Shown in pieces: positions 9,564 through 18,805 of a stretch of 64,000 nt of DNA. This DNA comes from Actinomycetes bacterium (GTDB lineage: Bacteria > Actinomycetota > CALGFH01). A program made the position numbers and the translations under genes. The notes beneath the pieces are model-generated. The model did not search any database and was not told where the DNA came from. It saw only the letters and a program-made list of their open reading frames with translations. Position 1 is the stretch's first letter; the number at the start of each line of letters is the position of its first letter. The stretch lies in contig DASYSE010000066.1 in NCBI GenBank assembly GCA_036003705.1, positions 5,901 to 69,900 on the forward strand, written 5' to 3'.

Positions 9564-10373
9564 ATGAGCACCGGACCCGAAGAGCCGACCACCGCCGACG
9601 AGCCGGCTCCAGCAGCCTCGGCCTCGGCGAGCGGGGCGCCAGGTCGCGACGCCGCCTACTGGGCCAAGAACATCTCCACCCTCAAGCTCGGCGAGGTCCC
9701 GGCGCAGGCGGTCAACCTCAACGTCACCGGCCGGCGGGTCGTCGGGCCGGTCCAGGGCTTCGGCAAGATGTGGCAGAAGACCGTCCGGGTCCAGCTGCAC
9801 GGTGCCGACGCGTCCCCGGCCGAGGTCATCCAGACCTGGAAGGCCGAGTTCCAGCGGTTCTGGCCGGAGCGCAACTGGTTCTACGCGCCCCTGGCCGGCA
9901 TCGCCCCCGGCGAGGTGGCCCTGCTCAACCTGGGCCTGCCCGGGCGCATGAAGCTGTCGACCGGCGTGCTGGTGCTGTACGCCGACGACGAGTCGTTCAC
10001 GCTGATGACCCCGGAGGGCCACATGCTCGCCGGCTGGATCACCTTCAGCGCGGCCGCCACCGACGGCGTCACGCTGGTGCAGATCCAGGCGCTGGAACGC
10101 ACCAACGACCCGCTGTACGAGCTCGGCTACGTGCTGGGCGGCAACCGCCTGAACAGCCGGTTCTGGGAGCAGACGGCCGAGAACCTGGCCCGCCACTTCG
10201 GGGTCGAGCCGCAGATCGAGTCTCAGGTGATCTGCGTCGACCGCCACCGCCAGTGGCGCAAAGCCGGCAACCTGCGCCACAACGCCCTCGTCCGGACCTC
10301 CCTGTGGACCCTGGCCACGCCGGTGCGCTGGCTGGGCCGCCTCTTCTCCCGGCGGGGCGCCGGCGTCCCGTGA
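9564..10373 (+). CDS. conserved hypothetical protein (possibly DUF1990-like)
   Basis: The ATG at 9564 is preceded by GGAGGAG and is in frame with ORF 9483..10373. No recognisable catalytic motif. It sits between the STAS genes and the acyl-CoA dehydrogenase. Confidence 0.6.
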   Translation: MSTGPEEPTTADEPAPAASASASGAPGRDAAYWAKNISTLKLGEVPAQAVNLNVTGRRVVGPVQGFGKMWQKTVRVQLHGADASPAEVIQTWKAEFQRFWPERNWFYAPLAGIAPGEVALLNLGLPGRMKLSTGVLVLYADDESFTLMTPEGHMLAGWITFSAAATDGVTLVQIQALERTNDPLYELGYVLGGNRLNSRFWEQTAENLARHFGVEPQIESQVICVDRHRQWRKAGNLRHNALVRTSLWTLATPVRWLGRLFSRRGAGVP

Positions 10374-10399
10374 CCCCCGGGGACGGCCGGGAGGACGAC

Positions 10400-11629
10400 A
10401 TGACCGATCGCCAGACCCGGCCGTTCGCCCTCGACGCCGCCCAGGAGCGGCTGGCCGCCGAGGTCCGGGTCCTGGCCAGGGACGTGCTGGCCCCGCTGGC
10501 CGCGGCCGGCCGGCCCGGCCGGGTCAACCGGCCGCTGGTCAGGGCGCTTGGCGAGCACGGCCTGCTCGCCCGGCTGCTGCCCGCCGACCCGAGCGCTGCT
10601 GACGCGCCGCCTCGGCGCCCCTTGCCGGCGGGGCCGTCGTCGGCGATGGACCTGTGCCTGCTCCGGGAGGCCCTGGCCAGAGAGTCGACCGAGGCCGAGA
10701 CGGCCCTTGCCCTCCAAGGGCTCGGCGCCCATCCGATCGCGGTCGCCGGCAGCCCGGCGGTGCGGCGGCGCTTCCTGCCGGCGGTGGCCGCCGGCCGGTC
10801 GGTGGCAGCGTTCGCCCTGTCCGAGCCGGCGGCCGGGTCGGACGCGGCCGGCCTGCGGCTGCGGGCCGACCGCGACGGGGACGGGTTCCGGCTGACCGGC
10901 GCCAAGGCCTGGATCTCCAACGCCCCCGAGGCCGACGTCTACACCCTGTTCGCCCGCACCACCCAGGGGGTCCGCTCGCGGGGCATCACCGCCTTCGCCG
11001 TCCCCGGCGACGCCCCCGGCCTGCGCGGCGAGCCGGTCGAGCTGCTGGCCCCCCACGCCATCGGGCGGCTGGAGCTGGACGGGGTCGCGGTCGGCCCCGA
11101 CCAGGTCCTCGGCCAGGTCGACCAGGGGTTCGAGCTGGCCATGGGGACCCTGGACCGGTTCCGGCCCAGCGTCGGCGCGTTCGCGGTCGGGATGGCCCAG
11201 GCCGCCCTCGACGCTGCCGTGGCCCACGCCGCCGGCCGGCAGGCGTTCGGCCGGCGGCTGCGCGAGTTCCAGGCCGTCGCCCACGCCCTCGCCGACGCGG
11301 CCACCCGCACCCAGGCGGCCCGGCTGCTGGTCTACGAGGCGGCCAGCCGCTACGACGCCGACCCCGCCGCCCCGGGGGTCAGGCAGGCCGCGGCCATGGC
11401 CAAGCTGTTCGCCACCGAGACCGCTCAGGCCGTGGTCGACCAGGCCGTGCAGGTGCTGGGCGCCCGTGCGCTGGAACGGGGCCACCTGCTGGAGCACCTG
11501 TACCGGGAGGTCCGCGCCCCACGGATCTACGAGGGCACCTCCGAGATCCAGCGTACGGTGATCGCCCGCGAGCTGTTCCGCGCTACCGTTGAGCCGGCCG
11601 ACGGGGGGCGACCGCCTTCGGCTCCTTGA
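10400..11629 (+). CDS. acyl-CoA dehydrogenase family protein
   Basis: Start ATG at 10400 (ggaggacgacATG). The C-terminal ACAD signature YEGTSEIQRTVIAREL is present, with typical middle and C-terminal domains. The listed 619-aa ORF starts upstream in read-through. Confidence 0.8.
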   Translation: MTDRQTRPFALDAAQERLAAEVRVLARDVLAPLAAAGRPGRVNRPLVRALGEHGLLARLLPADPSAADAPPRRPLPAGPSSAMDLCLLREALARESTEAETALALQGLGAHPIAVAGSPAVRRRFLPAVAAGRSVAAFALSEPAAGSDAAGLRLRADRDGDGFRLTGAKAWISNAPEADVYTLFARTTQGVRSRGITAFAVPGDAPGLRGEPVELLAPHAIGRLELDGVAVGPDQVLGQVDQGFELAMGTLDRFRPSVGAFAVGMAQAALDAAVAHAAGRQAFGRRLREFQAVAHALADAATRTQAARLLVYEAASRYDADPAAPGVRQAAAMAKLFATETAQAVVDQAVQVLGARALERGHLLEHLYREVRAPRIYEGTSEIQRTVIARELFRATVEPADGGRPPSAP

Positions 11630-11664
11630 GCCCCAGAGCCGGCGACCGGAAAGGAGCCTGCACC

Positions 11665-12492
11665 ATGAGCCCGTTCAAGGGTTCGGCGGGGTTCACGCAG
11701 CGGTGGGAGCATTTCGCCTACCGGGAGGACGGCGGGGTGGCCAGCGTCATCTTCGACCGGCCGGAGCGGCTCAACGCCCTCACCTTCGAGGTCTACGCCG
11801 ACCTGCGCGACCTGCTCGGCGAGCTGCCCGACCGGGACGGGGTGCGGGTCCTGGTCCTGACCGGCAGCGGGCGCGGCTTCTGCTCGGGCGGCGACGTCCG
11901 CGACATCATCGGCGCCCTGCAGGCCATGGGCCCGCGCCAGCTGCTCGACTTCACCCGCATGACCGGCGCCGTCGTCCAGCGGCTGCGGGAGCTGCCCCTG
12001 CCGGTCATCGCCGCGGTCAACGGGGTGGCGGCCGGCGCCGGGGCGGTGATCGCCCTGGCCGCCGATCTCCGGCTGCTGGCCCGGTCGGCCTCCCTGGCCT
12101 TCCTGTTCACCCAGGTCGGGCTGTCGGGTGCGGACATGGGCTGCGCCTACCTGCTGCCCCGGCTGGTCGGGCTGGGCCGGGCGACCGAGCTGCTGTTGCT
12201 CGGGGAGCGGGTCGGCGCCGACCAGGCGGCCGCGCTCGGGCTGGCCAACCGGGTGGTCGACGACCAGGAGCTGCCCGGGGCGACGGCCGAGCTGGCCAGC
12301 CGGCTGGCCGCCGGCCCGGCCCTCGCCTACGCCGCCACCAAGGTGCTGCTCAGCCGCGAGCTGGACCTCCCTCTGGCCGGGGCGCTGGAGCTGGAGGCGG
12401 TCACCCAGGCGCTGCTGCTGAAATCCGAGGACCACGGCGAGTTCTACGCCGCCTTCACCGAAGGCCGCTCCCCCACCTGGAGCGGACGCTGA
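11665..12492 (+). CDS. enoyl-CoA hydratase/isomerase (crotonase family)
   Basis: VIFDRPERLNALT, GFCSGGDV and LPVIAAVNGVAAGAG motifs are present. The ATG at 11665 follows GGAAAGGAG. Confidence 0.8.
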   Translation: MSPFKGSAGFTQRWEHFAYREDGGVASVIFDRPERLNALTFEVYADLRDLLGELPDRDGVRVLVLTGSGRGFCSGGDVRDIIGALQAMGPRQLLDFTRMTGAVVQRLRELPLPVIAAVNGVAAGAGAVIALAADLRLLARSASLAFLFTQVGLSGADMGCAYLLPRLVGLGRATELLLLGERVGADQAAALGLANRVVDDQELPGATAELASRLAAGPALAYAATKVLLSRELDLPLAGALELEAVTQALLLKSEDHGEFYAAFTEGRSPTWSGR

Positions 12493-13085
12493 TGCGGGCG
12501 GGCGCACCGGGAGCGGCAGACCGGAGCGAGGGGCGCGAGCCAGGCCCGCACCGGAGCGAGGGGCGCCAGCCAGGCCCGCACCGGAGCGAGGGGCGCCAGC
12601 CGGGCCCGCACCGGAGCGAGGGGCGCCAGCCAGGCCTGTACCGGAGCGAGGGGCGCCAGCCGGGCCCGCACCGGATCGTGAACCCCGAGGGGCTGGCCCC
12701 GCCGGTCGGGTTCGCCCACGCGGTCGTGGCCGCCCCCGGCCGCACTGTCTACCTCGGCGGGCAGGCCGCCCAGGGGCCGGACGGCCGGATCACCGGGACG
12801 ACCCTGACCGAGCAGTTCGACGTCGCCGCCGGCAACCTGGTCACCGCCCTGGCCGCGGCCGGCGGGGCACCCGAGCACCTGGTGTCGCTGCAGGTGTACA
12901 CCACCGACGCCGCCGCCTACCGGGCCGTGCTGTCCGAGCTGGGCGCCATCTACCGGCGCCACCTGGGCCGCCACTACGTGGCGACGGCCCTGTTCGAGGT
13001 CGCCGGCCTGTTCGACCCGGCGGCCAAGGTCGAGCTGGTCGGGATCGCGGTGGTGCCCGACCAGCACGGAAGGGAGCAGCCATGA
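12492..13085 (+). CDS. RidA/YjgF/TdcF-family protein with a repetitive N-terminal extension (start uncertain)
   Basis: A TGATG overlap joins this gene to the hydratase stop. The C-terminal 130 aa form a RidA-like domain (PPVGFAHAVVA...VYLGGQAA...). The 3' end overlaps the glutaryl-CoA dehydrogenase start as ATGA. The N-terminus is encoded by 30-bp ×5 repeats (PHRSEGRQPG). Confidence 0.65.
   Translation: MRAGAPGAADRSEGREPGPHRSEGRQPGPHRSEGRQPGPHRSEGRQPGLYRSEGRQPGPHRIVNPEGLAPPVGFAHAVVAAPGRTVYLGGQAAQGPDGRITGTTLTEQFDVAAGNLVTALAAAGGAPEHLVSLQVYTTDAAAYRAVLSELGAIYRRHLGRHYVATALFEVAGLFDPAAKVELVGIAVVPDQHGREQP
12521..12680. repeat. 30-bp ×5 perfect/near-perfect tandem repeat at the 5' end of the RidA-like gene
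   Basis: ccggagcgaggggcgc(c/g)agcc(a/g)ggcc(c/t)g(c/t)a occurs five times from 12521, with a partial sixth copy. Confidence 0.8.
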
Positions 13086-14248
13086 GCGCCCCGAACCCCC
13101 TGGACTTCCTCGACCTCGACCGGCTGCTGTCGGAGGAGGAGCGGCTGATCCGCGACACCACCCGCAGCTTCGTCACCGACCGGGTCCTGCCCGAGGTCGC
13201 CGGCTGGTTCGAACGCGGCGAGCTCCCCCGCGAGCTGGCCAAGGAGCTCGGCGACCTCGGCCTGCTCGGCATGCACCTGGACGGCTACGGCTGCGCCGGC
13301 ACCAACGCGGTCAGCTACGGGCTGGCGTGCCTGGAGCTGGAGGCCGGCGACTCCGGCACCCGCAGCTTCGTCTCGGTCCAGGGATCGCTGGCCATGTACC
13401 CCATCTGGAGGTTCGGCTCGGAGGAGCAGAAGCGGCGCTGGCTGCCGCCGATGGCCGCCGGCGAGGTGATCGGCTGCTTCGGGCTGACCGAGCCCGACTT
13501 CGGCTCCAACCCGGCCGGCATGCGCACCAGCGCTCGCCGCGACGGCGACGACTGGGTGCTCAACGGCACCAAGATGTGGATCACCAACGGCGGCATCGCC
13601 GACCTGGCGGTTGTCTGGGCCCGCAGCGACGACGGCGTGCGCGGCTTCCTGGTCCCCACCGGCACCCCCGGCTTCTCCACCCGCGACATCGGGCGCAAGC
13701 TCAGCCTGCGCGCCTCGATCACCTCCGAGCTGGTGCTGGAGGACTGCCGCCTGCCCGGCGACGCGGTGCTGCCGGAGGTCCGCGGCATGCGCGGCCCCCT
13801 GTCGTGCCTGAACGAGGCCCGCTACGGGATCGTCTGGGGGTCCATGGGGGCGGCCAGGGCCTGCTTCCAGAGCGCGGTCGAGTACGCCACCACCCGCGTC
13901 CAGTTCGACCGTCCCATCGGCGGGTTCCAGCTCACCCAGCAGAAGCTGGCCGACATGCTGGTCGAGCTGTCCAAGGGGACGCTGCTGGCACTGCACCTTG
14001 GCCGCATGAAGGACGAAGGCCGGCTCGTCCCCGAACAGGTCAGCCTGGGCAAGCTCAACAACGTCAGGGAGGCCCTGCAGATCGCCCGCACGGCCAGGAC
14101 CATCCTTGGCGCCAACGGCGTGACCCTCGAGTACCCGGTGATCCGCCACGCCAACAACCTCGAGTCGGTCCTCACCTATGAGGGCACCAGCGAGGTCCAC
14201 AGCCTGATCCTCGGCCAGGCCGTCACCGGCCTGGCCGCCTTCACCTAG
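13082..14248 (+). CDS. gcdH: glutaryl-CoA dehydrogenase
   Basis: 388 aa matching the GcdH family along its full length (GCFGLTEPDFGSNPAGMRT...YEGTSEVHSLILGQAVTG). Confidence 0.85.
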   Translation: MSAPNPLDFLDLDRLLSEEERLIRDTTRSFVTDRVLPEVAGWFERGELPRELAKELGDLGLLGMHLDGYGCAGTNAVSYGLACLELEAGDSGTRSFVSVQGSLAMYPIWRFGSEEQKRRWLPPMAAGEVIGCFGLTEPDFGSNPAGMRTSARRDGDDWVLNGTKMWITNGGIADLAVVWARSDDGVRGFLVPTGTPGFSTRDIGRKLSLRASITSELVLEDCRLPGDAVLPEVRGMRGPLSCLNEARYGIVWGSMGAARACFQSAVEYATTRVQFDRPIGGFQLTQQKLADMLVELSKGTLLALHLGRMKDEGRLVPEQVSLGKLNNVREALQIARTARTILGANGVTLEYPVIRHANNLESVLTYEGTSEVHSLILGQAVTGLAAFT

Positions 14249-14376
14249 TCAGCAGCACAGCGGGCATGTACCCGGCGCCGCAGGCGGCGTCGACGCCATC
14301 GGTGCCGCCCTGGAGCTTGCGCGCCGCCAACGCGCTGCCCGCGAGTCCCTCGAACCCGGATGGCTGGCCGCCGGTT

Positions 14377-14904
14377 CTAGGCCGGGTCGGCGGTGGTGGA
14401 CCGCCCGGCCGGTCGCTTGGAGGGCGGGGGCGGGGTGTGGCCGCCGCTCGACCGCGACACCCAGGCGTCGACATCGGTGGTCAGCTCGCGGACGCTCGGC
14501 GGCAGCGTCCCGGCGACCAGGTCGGCCAGGGTGACCCGTTCCAGCACGCTGCGCAGGCTGACCCGGACCGCGATCCAGACCTCGACCAGGTGGCTGGCGC
14601 TGCCCGAGTACTCGACCAGCTCGGGCCTGGCCCCGCGCACGTTGGCCAGCGGCCCGTCGACCGCCCGGATGATGTCGGCCAGGGTGACCTGGTCGGCCGG
14701 CTCGGCCAGCCAGTAGCCGCCCTCGGCGCCGCGCTGGCTCTGCACGTAGCCGGCGTGGCGTAGGTCGGACAGGATGTTCTCCAGGAACTTGAGCGGGATG
14801 TGCTGGGCCTCGGCGATCCGGTCGCCCTTGACCGGGCCGTGGCCGGCCGCGGCCAGCTCGGCCGCCGCCCGGACGGCGTAGTCCGCCTTGGCTGAGACGT
14901 GCAT
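14377..14904 (-). CDS. Rrf2-family transcriptional regulator (CymR/IscR-like), divergent from the sulfate importer operon
   Basis: The N-terminal Rrf2 HTH (MHVSAKADYAVRAAAELA...IPLKFLENILSDLRHAGYVQSQRGAEGGYWLA) is clear. Confidence 0.8.
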   Translation of the reverse strand: MHVSAKADYAVRAAAELAAAGHGPVKGDRIAEAQHIPLKFLENILSDLRHAGYVQSQRGAEGGYWLAEPADQVTLADIIRAVDGPLANVRGARPELVEYSGSASHLVEVWIAVRVSLRSVLERVTLADLVAGTLPPSVRELTTDVDAWVSRSSGGHTPPPPSKRPAGRSTTADPA

Positions 14905-15066
14905 GGCGGCATTCTCGCCGAAGCGCGGGCGGGAGGGAACGACCGGCGAGGATCCGGCTCATTCAATTGACGTAGGCGAGTTCCGATACTTGACGGGGCA
15001 GGCTCGACCAGGCACCGTGGCATTCTCTAGCAACCAAGTAGGAAAAGTGGAAATGATTGGAGGAGC

Positions 15067-16069
15067 CATGACGGTCCGGACCAGGTTCGCCGCCGCGCTG
15101 CTGGTGGCGGGTGCGCTGCTGGCTGCCGGGTGCGGCGGGTCGGGCGGCTCGGGTGGCAGCGACAAGCTGACGCTGGTCGCCTACTCCACGCCCCGTGAGG
15201 CCTACGAGCAGCTGATCCCCGGGTTCCAGAAGACCGACGCCGGCAAGGGCGTCGGGTTCTCCCAGTCCTACGGCTCCTCGGGCGACCAGAGCCGGGCCAT
15301 CCAGAACGGCCTGGCCGCCGACGTGGTCACCCTGGCCCTCGAGCCCGACATGACCAAGCTGGTCGACGCCGGGCTGGTGGCCAAGGAGTGGAACGCCGAC
15401 GACCACAAGGGCATGATCACCAACTCGGTGGTGGTGTTCGTCACCCGCAAGGGCAACCCCAAGAACATCAGGTCCTGGGACGACCTGGTCAAGCCGGGCG
15501 TGGAGGTCATCACCCCCAACCCGTTCACCTCGGGCGGGGCCCGCTGGAACATCATGGCCGCCTACGGCGCCCAGCTGGAGCAGGGCAAGTCGCACGAGCA
15601 GGCCGTTGCCTACCTCGAGCAGCTGTTCCGCAATGTCCCGGTGCAGGACAAGTCGGCCCGTGAGGCGCTGCAGACCTTCATCGGGGGCAAGGGCGACGTG
15701 ATGCTGGCCTACGAGAACGAGGCCATCACCGCCCAGCAGAAGGAGCAGCCGGTCGACTACACGGTGCCCGACAGCACCATCCTGATCGAGAACCCGATCG
15801 CGGTCGTCAGCAAGTCCAGGAACGCCACCGCGGCCAAGGCGTTCGTCGACTACCTGCGCACCGCCGAGGCGCAGCAGATCTTCGCCGACAAGGGCTACCG
15901 CCCGGTGAACCAGCAGGTCGCGGCCACCGCCGGGTTCCCAAGGCCGGCCGGTATGTTCACCATCAAGGACTTGGGTGGTTGGCCGGACGTGACGAAGAAG
16001 TTCTTCGACAAGGAAGCGGGCATCGTGGCCGGCATCGAGCGCAAGGTGGGCGTGTCGATTGGCAGCTAG
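15067..16069 (+). CDS. sbp: sulfate/thiosulfate ABC transporter substrate-binding lipoprotein
   Basis: Lipobox (LLAAGCGG), strong Sbp/CysP similarity. The ATG at 15067 follows GGAGG. An alternative ATG is at 15052. Confidence 0.85.
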
Positions 16070-16883
16070 TGCCGTCAGCCGACGGCGGGTCGGGCTCGGG
16101 GTCCACGGTGGCGACGCGCTGCTGCGCGGGACCGTCACCCTGTACCTCAGCCTGATCGTCGTCCTGCCGCTGACGGCGGTGGTGTGGCGGTCCAGCCAGG
16201 ACGGCTGGGCCGCCTTCTGGCGGGCCGCGACCCAGCCCCAGGCCATGGCCGCGCTGCGCCTGACCTTCACCGTGGCCCTGATCGTCGCCGCGGTGAACGT
16301 GGTCATGGGCACGGTGATCGCCTGGGTGCTGGTCCGCGACGAATTCCCGGGCAAGGGGGTGGTCAACGCCCTGATCGACCTGCCCTTCGCGCTGCCGACG
16401 ATCGTGGCCGGCATCACCCTGCTGGCCCTGTACGGCAACTCCAGCCCGGTCGGCATCAACATCGGCTACACCCGACCGGGGGTGGTGCTCGCCCTTGCCT
16501 TCGTCACCCTGCCGTTCGTGGTCCGGTCGGTCCAGCCGGTGCTGATGACCATGGAGCCGGACATGGAGGAGGCGGCCCGCTGCCTGGGCGCCGGTCCCCT
16601 GACCAGCTTCCGGCGGATCGTGCTGCCCACCATCGCCCCGGCCCTGCTGGCCGGCGCCGCCCTCGCCTTCGCCCGGGCGGTCGGCGAGTTCGGCTCGGTG
16701 GTGATCCTGTCCGGCAACATCCCCTACCGGACCGAGGTCGCATCGGTGCACGTGTTCTCGCTGGTCGAGAACGACGACACCGGCGGCGCGGCCGCCGTCT
16801 CGGTGGTGCTGCTGGCCGTCTCGGTGCTGGTGCTGGCCGGCCTCAACCTGATCCAGCGTCGGAGGACGCGCCATGCCGAGTGA
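16059..16883 (+). CDS. cysT: sulfate ABC transporter permease CysT
   Basis: The ABC permease signature EAARCLGAG...LPTIAPAL is present, and the protein is polytopic. Confidence 0.8.
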   Translation: MAASAVSRRRVGLGVHGGDALLRGTVTLYLSLIVVLPLTAVVWRSSQDGWAAFWRAATQPQAMAALRLTFTVALIVAAVNVVMGTVIAWVLVRDEFPGKGVVNALIDLPFALPTIVAGITLLALYGNSSPVGINIGYTRPGVVLALAFVTLPFVVRSVQPVLMTMEPDMEEAARCLGAGPLTSFRRIVLPTIAPALLAGAALAFARAVGEFGSVVILSGNIPYRTEVASVHVFSLVENDDTGGAAAVSVVLLAVSVLVLAGLNLIQRRRTRHAE

Positions 16884-16923
16884 CATCGCCGTCGGAGGAC
16901 GCGCCACGCCGAGTGACACCGCC
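16858..16923. repeat. 33-bp ×2 tandem duplication of the cysT-stop/cysW-start junction
   Basis: gtcggaggacgcgccATGccgagTGAcatcgcc is followed by gtcggaggacgcgccACGccgagTGAcaccgcc. Confidence 0.8.
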
Positions 16924-17778
16924 GCCCGGGTCACGATCGAGCCGCCCGCCGGCTCGCCCCCGCTGGGCGCGGCCACGGCACCGGCCCGCCCGACCCGGCT
17001 GCTGCTGCGGGTGCTGGCCCTCGGCTACCTGGGCGCGGTGCTGCTGGTGCCGGTCGGCGCGGTCATCTGGCGGGCCTTCGGGGACGGCGTCGCCCCGGTG
17101 TGGCAGGCCGTCACCACCCCCGACGCGCTGCACGCCTTCTGGCTGTCGCTGCTGATCGCGGCCATCGCGGTGCCGCTCAACACCCTGTTCGGGGTGGCCT
17201 GCGCGGTGGTGCTGGTCCGCCACCGCTTTCCCGGCCGGCGGCTGCTGGACGCGGTCATCGACCTGCCGTTCGCCATCTCCCCGGTGGTGATCGGGCTCGC
17301 CCTGATCCTGGTCTACGGCCAGGCCGGCTGGATGGGCGGCTGGCTGGCCGAACGCGGCATCCAGGTGATCTTCTCGCTGCCCGGCATGGTGATGGCCACC
17401 GTGTTCGTGTCCCTGCCCTACGTGGTCCGCGAGGTGGCGCCGGTGCTGCGCGAGGTCGGCACCGAACAGGAGGAGGCCGCCTGGACGCTGGGGGCCTCGC
17501 CGCTGCGGTCGTTCCTGCAGGTCACCCTGCCCGCGATCCGTTGGGGGGTCGCCTACGGGGTGGTCCTGACCACCGCGCGGGCGCTCGGCGAGTTCGGTGC
17601 GGTCACGATCGTGTCCGGCCGGCTGGCCGGCCAGACCGAGACCCTCACCCTCTACGTGGAGAACCGCTTCGAGGCCTTCGACCTCACCGGCGCCTACGCC
17701 GCCTCGCTCACCCTCGCCGTGCTCGCTCTGCTCGTCCTACTGGCCATGACAAGGCTCCAACGCAAGGAAGGCCACTGA
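16873..17778 (+). CDS. cysW: sulfate ABC transporter permease CysW
   Basis: The permease signature [11 protein letters not shown] is present. It overlaps the cysT stop. Its N-terminus contains an 11-aa duplication from a 33-bp tandem repeat. Confidence 0.8.
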   Translation: MPSDIAVGGRATPSDTAARVTIEPPAGSPPLGAATAPARPTRLLLRVLALGYLGAVLLVPVGAVIWRAFGDGVAPVWQAVTTPDALHAFWLSLLIAAIAVPLNTLFGVACAVVLVRHRFPGRRLLDAVIDLPFAISPVVIGLALILVYGQAGWMGGWLAERGIQVIFSLPGMVMATVFVSLPYVVREVAPVLREVGTEQEEAAWTLGASPLRSFLQVTLPAIRWGVAYGVVLTTARALGEFGAVTIVSGRLAGQTETLTLYVENRFEAFDLTGAYAASLTLAVLALLVLLAMTRLQRKEGH

Positions 17779-18734
17779 TGTCCATACACGTGCGGCACGC
17801 GACCCGTCGCTTCGGGAACTTCACCGCGCTCCACGATGTGTCGGTGGAGATCCCGAGCGGCTCCCTGACCGCCCTGCTCGGGCCAAGCGGCAGCGGCAAG
17901 TCGACGCTGCTGCGGGTGATCGCCGGGCTGGAGCGGCCCGATGCCGGCACCGTCGAGATCGACGGGCGGGACGCCACCGGGCTGCCGCCGCAGCGGCGCG
18001 GAGTCGGCTTCGTCTTCCAGCACTACGCGGCCTTCAAGCATATGACGGTGCGCGAGAACGTCGCCTTCGGGCTGAAGGTCGCCCGCCGGCCCAAGGCCGA
18101 GATCCGGGCCCGGGTCGACGAGCTGCTGGAGCTGGTCCAGCTCCCGGGCCTGGCCGAACGCTACCCCTCCCAGCTGTCGGGCGGCCAGCGCCAGCGCATG
18201 GCCCTGGCCAGGGCACTCGCGGTCGAACCCCAGGTGCTGCTGCTGGACGAGCCGTTCGGCGCCCTCGACGCCCGGGTCCGCAAGGAGCTGCGGGCCTGGC
18301 TGCGCCACCTCCACGACGAGGTCCACGTGACCACCGTGTTCGTGACCCACGACCAGGAGGAGGCCATGGAGGTGGCCGACCGGATCGTGGTCATGAACCA
18401 CGGCCAGGTCGAGCAGGTCGGCGGGCCCCGCGACCTGTACGAGCACCCCGCCAACGCCTTCGTCATGGGGTTTGTCGGTCCGATCACCCGGCTCGGGGAC
18501 AACTTCATCCGCCCGCACGACATCGAGCTGCGCCTGGAGCCCAACGGCACCACCTCCGAGGCGATGGTCGAGCGGCTGGTCCACCTCGGCTTCGAGGTCC
18601 GAGCCGAGCTCGTCCTCCAGGACGGCCAGCGCCTCCAGGCCCAGATCAGCCGGGACGGCGCCGAGGAGCTGGAGCTGCACCAGGGCCAGATCGTGTTCGT
18701 CCGCCCCAGCCGCACTCGGCAGTTCGCCAGTTAG
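17778..18734 (+). CDS. cysA: sulfate ABC transporter ATP-binding protein CysA
   Basis: Walker A (GPSGSGKST), ABC signature ([15 protein letters not shown]), Walker B ([11 protein letters not shown]) and a TOBE-like C-terminus are present. The ATG at 17778 overlaps the cysW stop. Confidence 0.9.
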   Translation: MSIHVRHATRRFGNFTALHDVSVEIPSGSLTALLGPSGSGKSTLLRVIAGLERPDAGTVEIDGRDATGLPPQRRGVGFVFQHYAAFKHMTVRENVAFGLKVARRPKAEIRARVDELLELVQLPGLAERYPSQLSGGQRQRMALARALAVEPQVLLLDEPFGALDARVRKELRAWLRHLHDEVHVTTVFVTHDQEEAMEVADRIVVMNHGQVEQVGGPRDLYEHPANAFVMGFVGPITRLGDNFIRPHDIELRLEPNGTTSEAMVERLVHLGFEVRAELVLQDGQRLQAQISRDGAEELELHQGQIVFVRPSRTRQFAS

Positions 18735-18805
18735 CCGCCGTTTGCCCCGGTCTTTCAGGAGTCCGTCGCGAGGCGTGTCGTCGTTCCGGCGGTTCCGGCC
18801 GGGAG

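Noticed and set aside
12521-12680. Possible CRISPR array (regular 30-bp repeats)
   Set aside because: The repeats are directly abutting with no unique spacers and lie inside an open reading frame. This is a simple tandem repeat, not CRISPR. No cas genes are present in the window.
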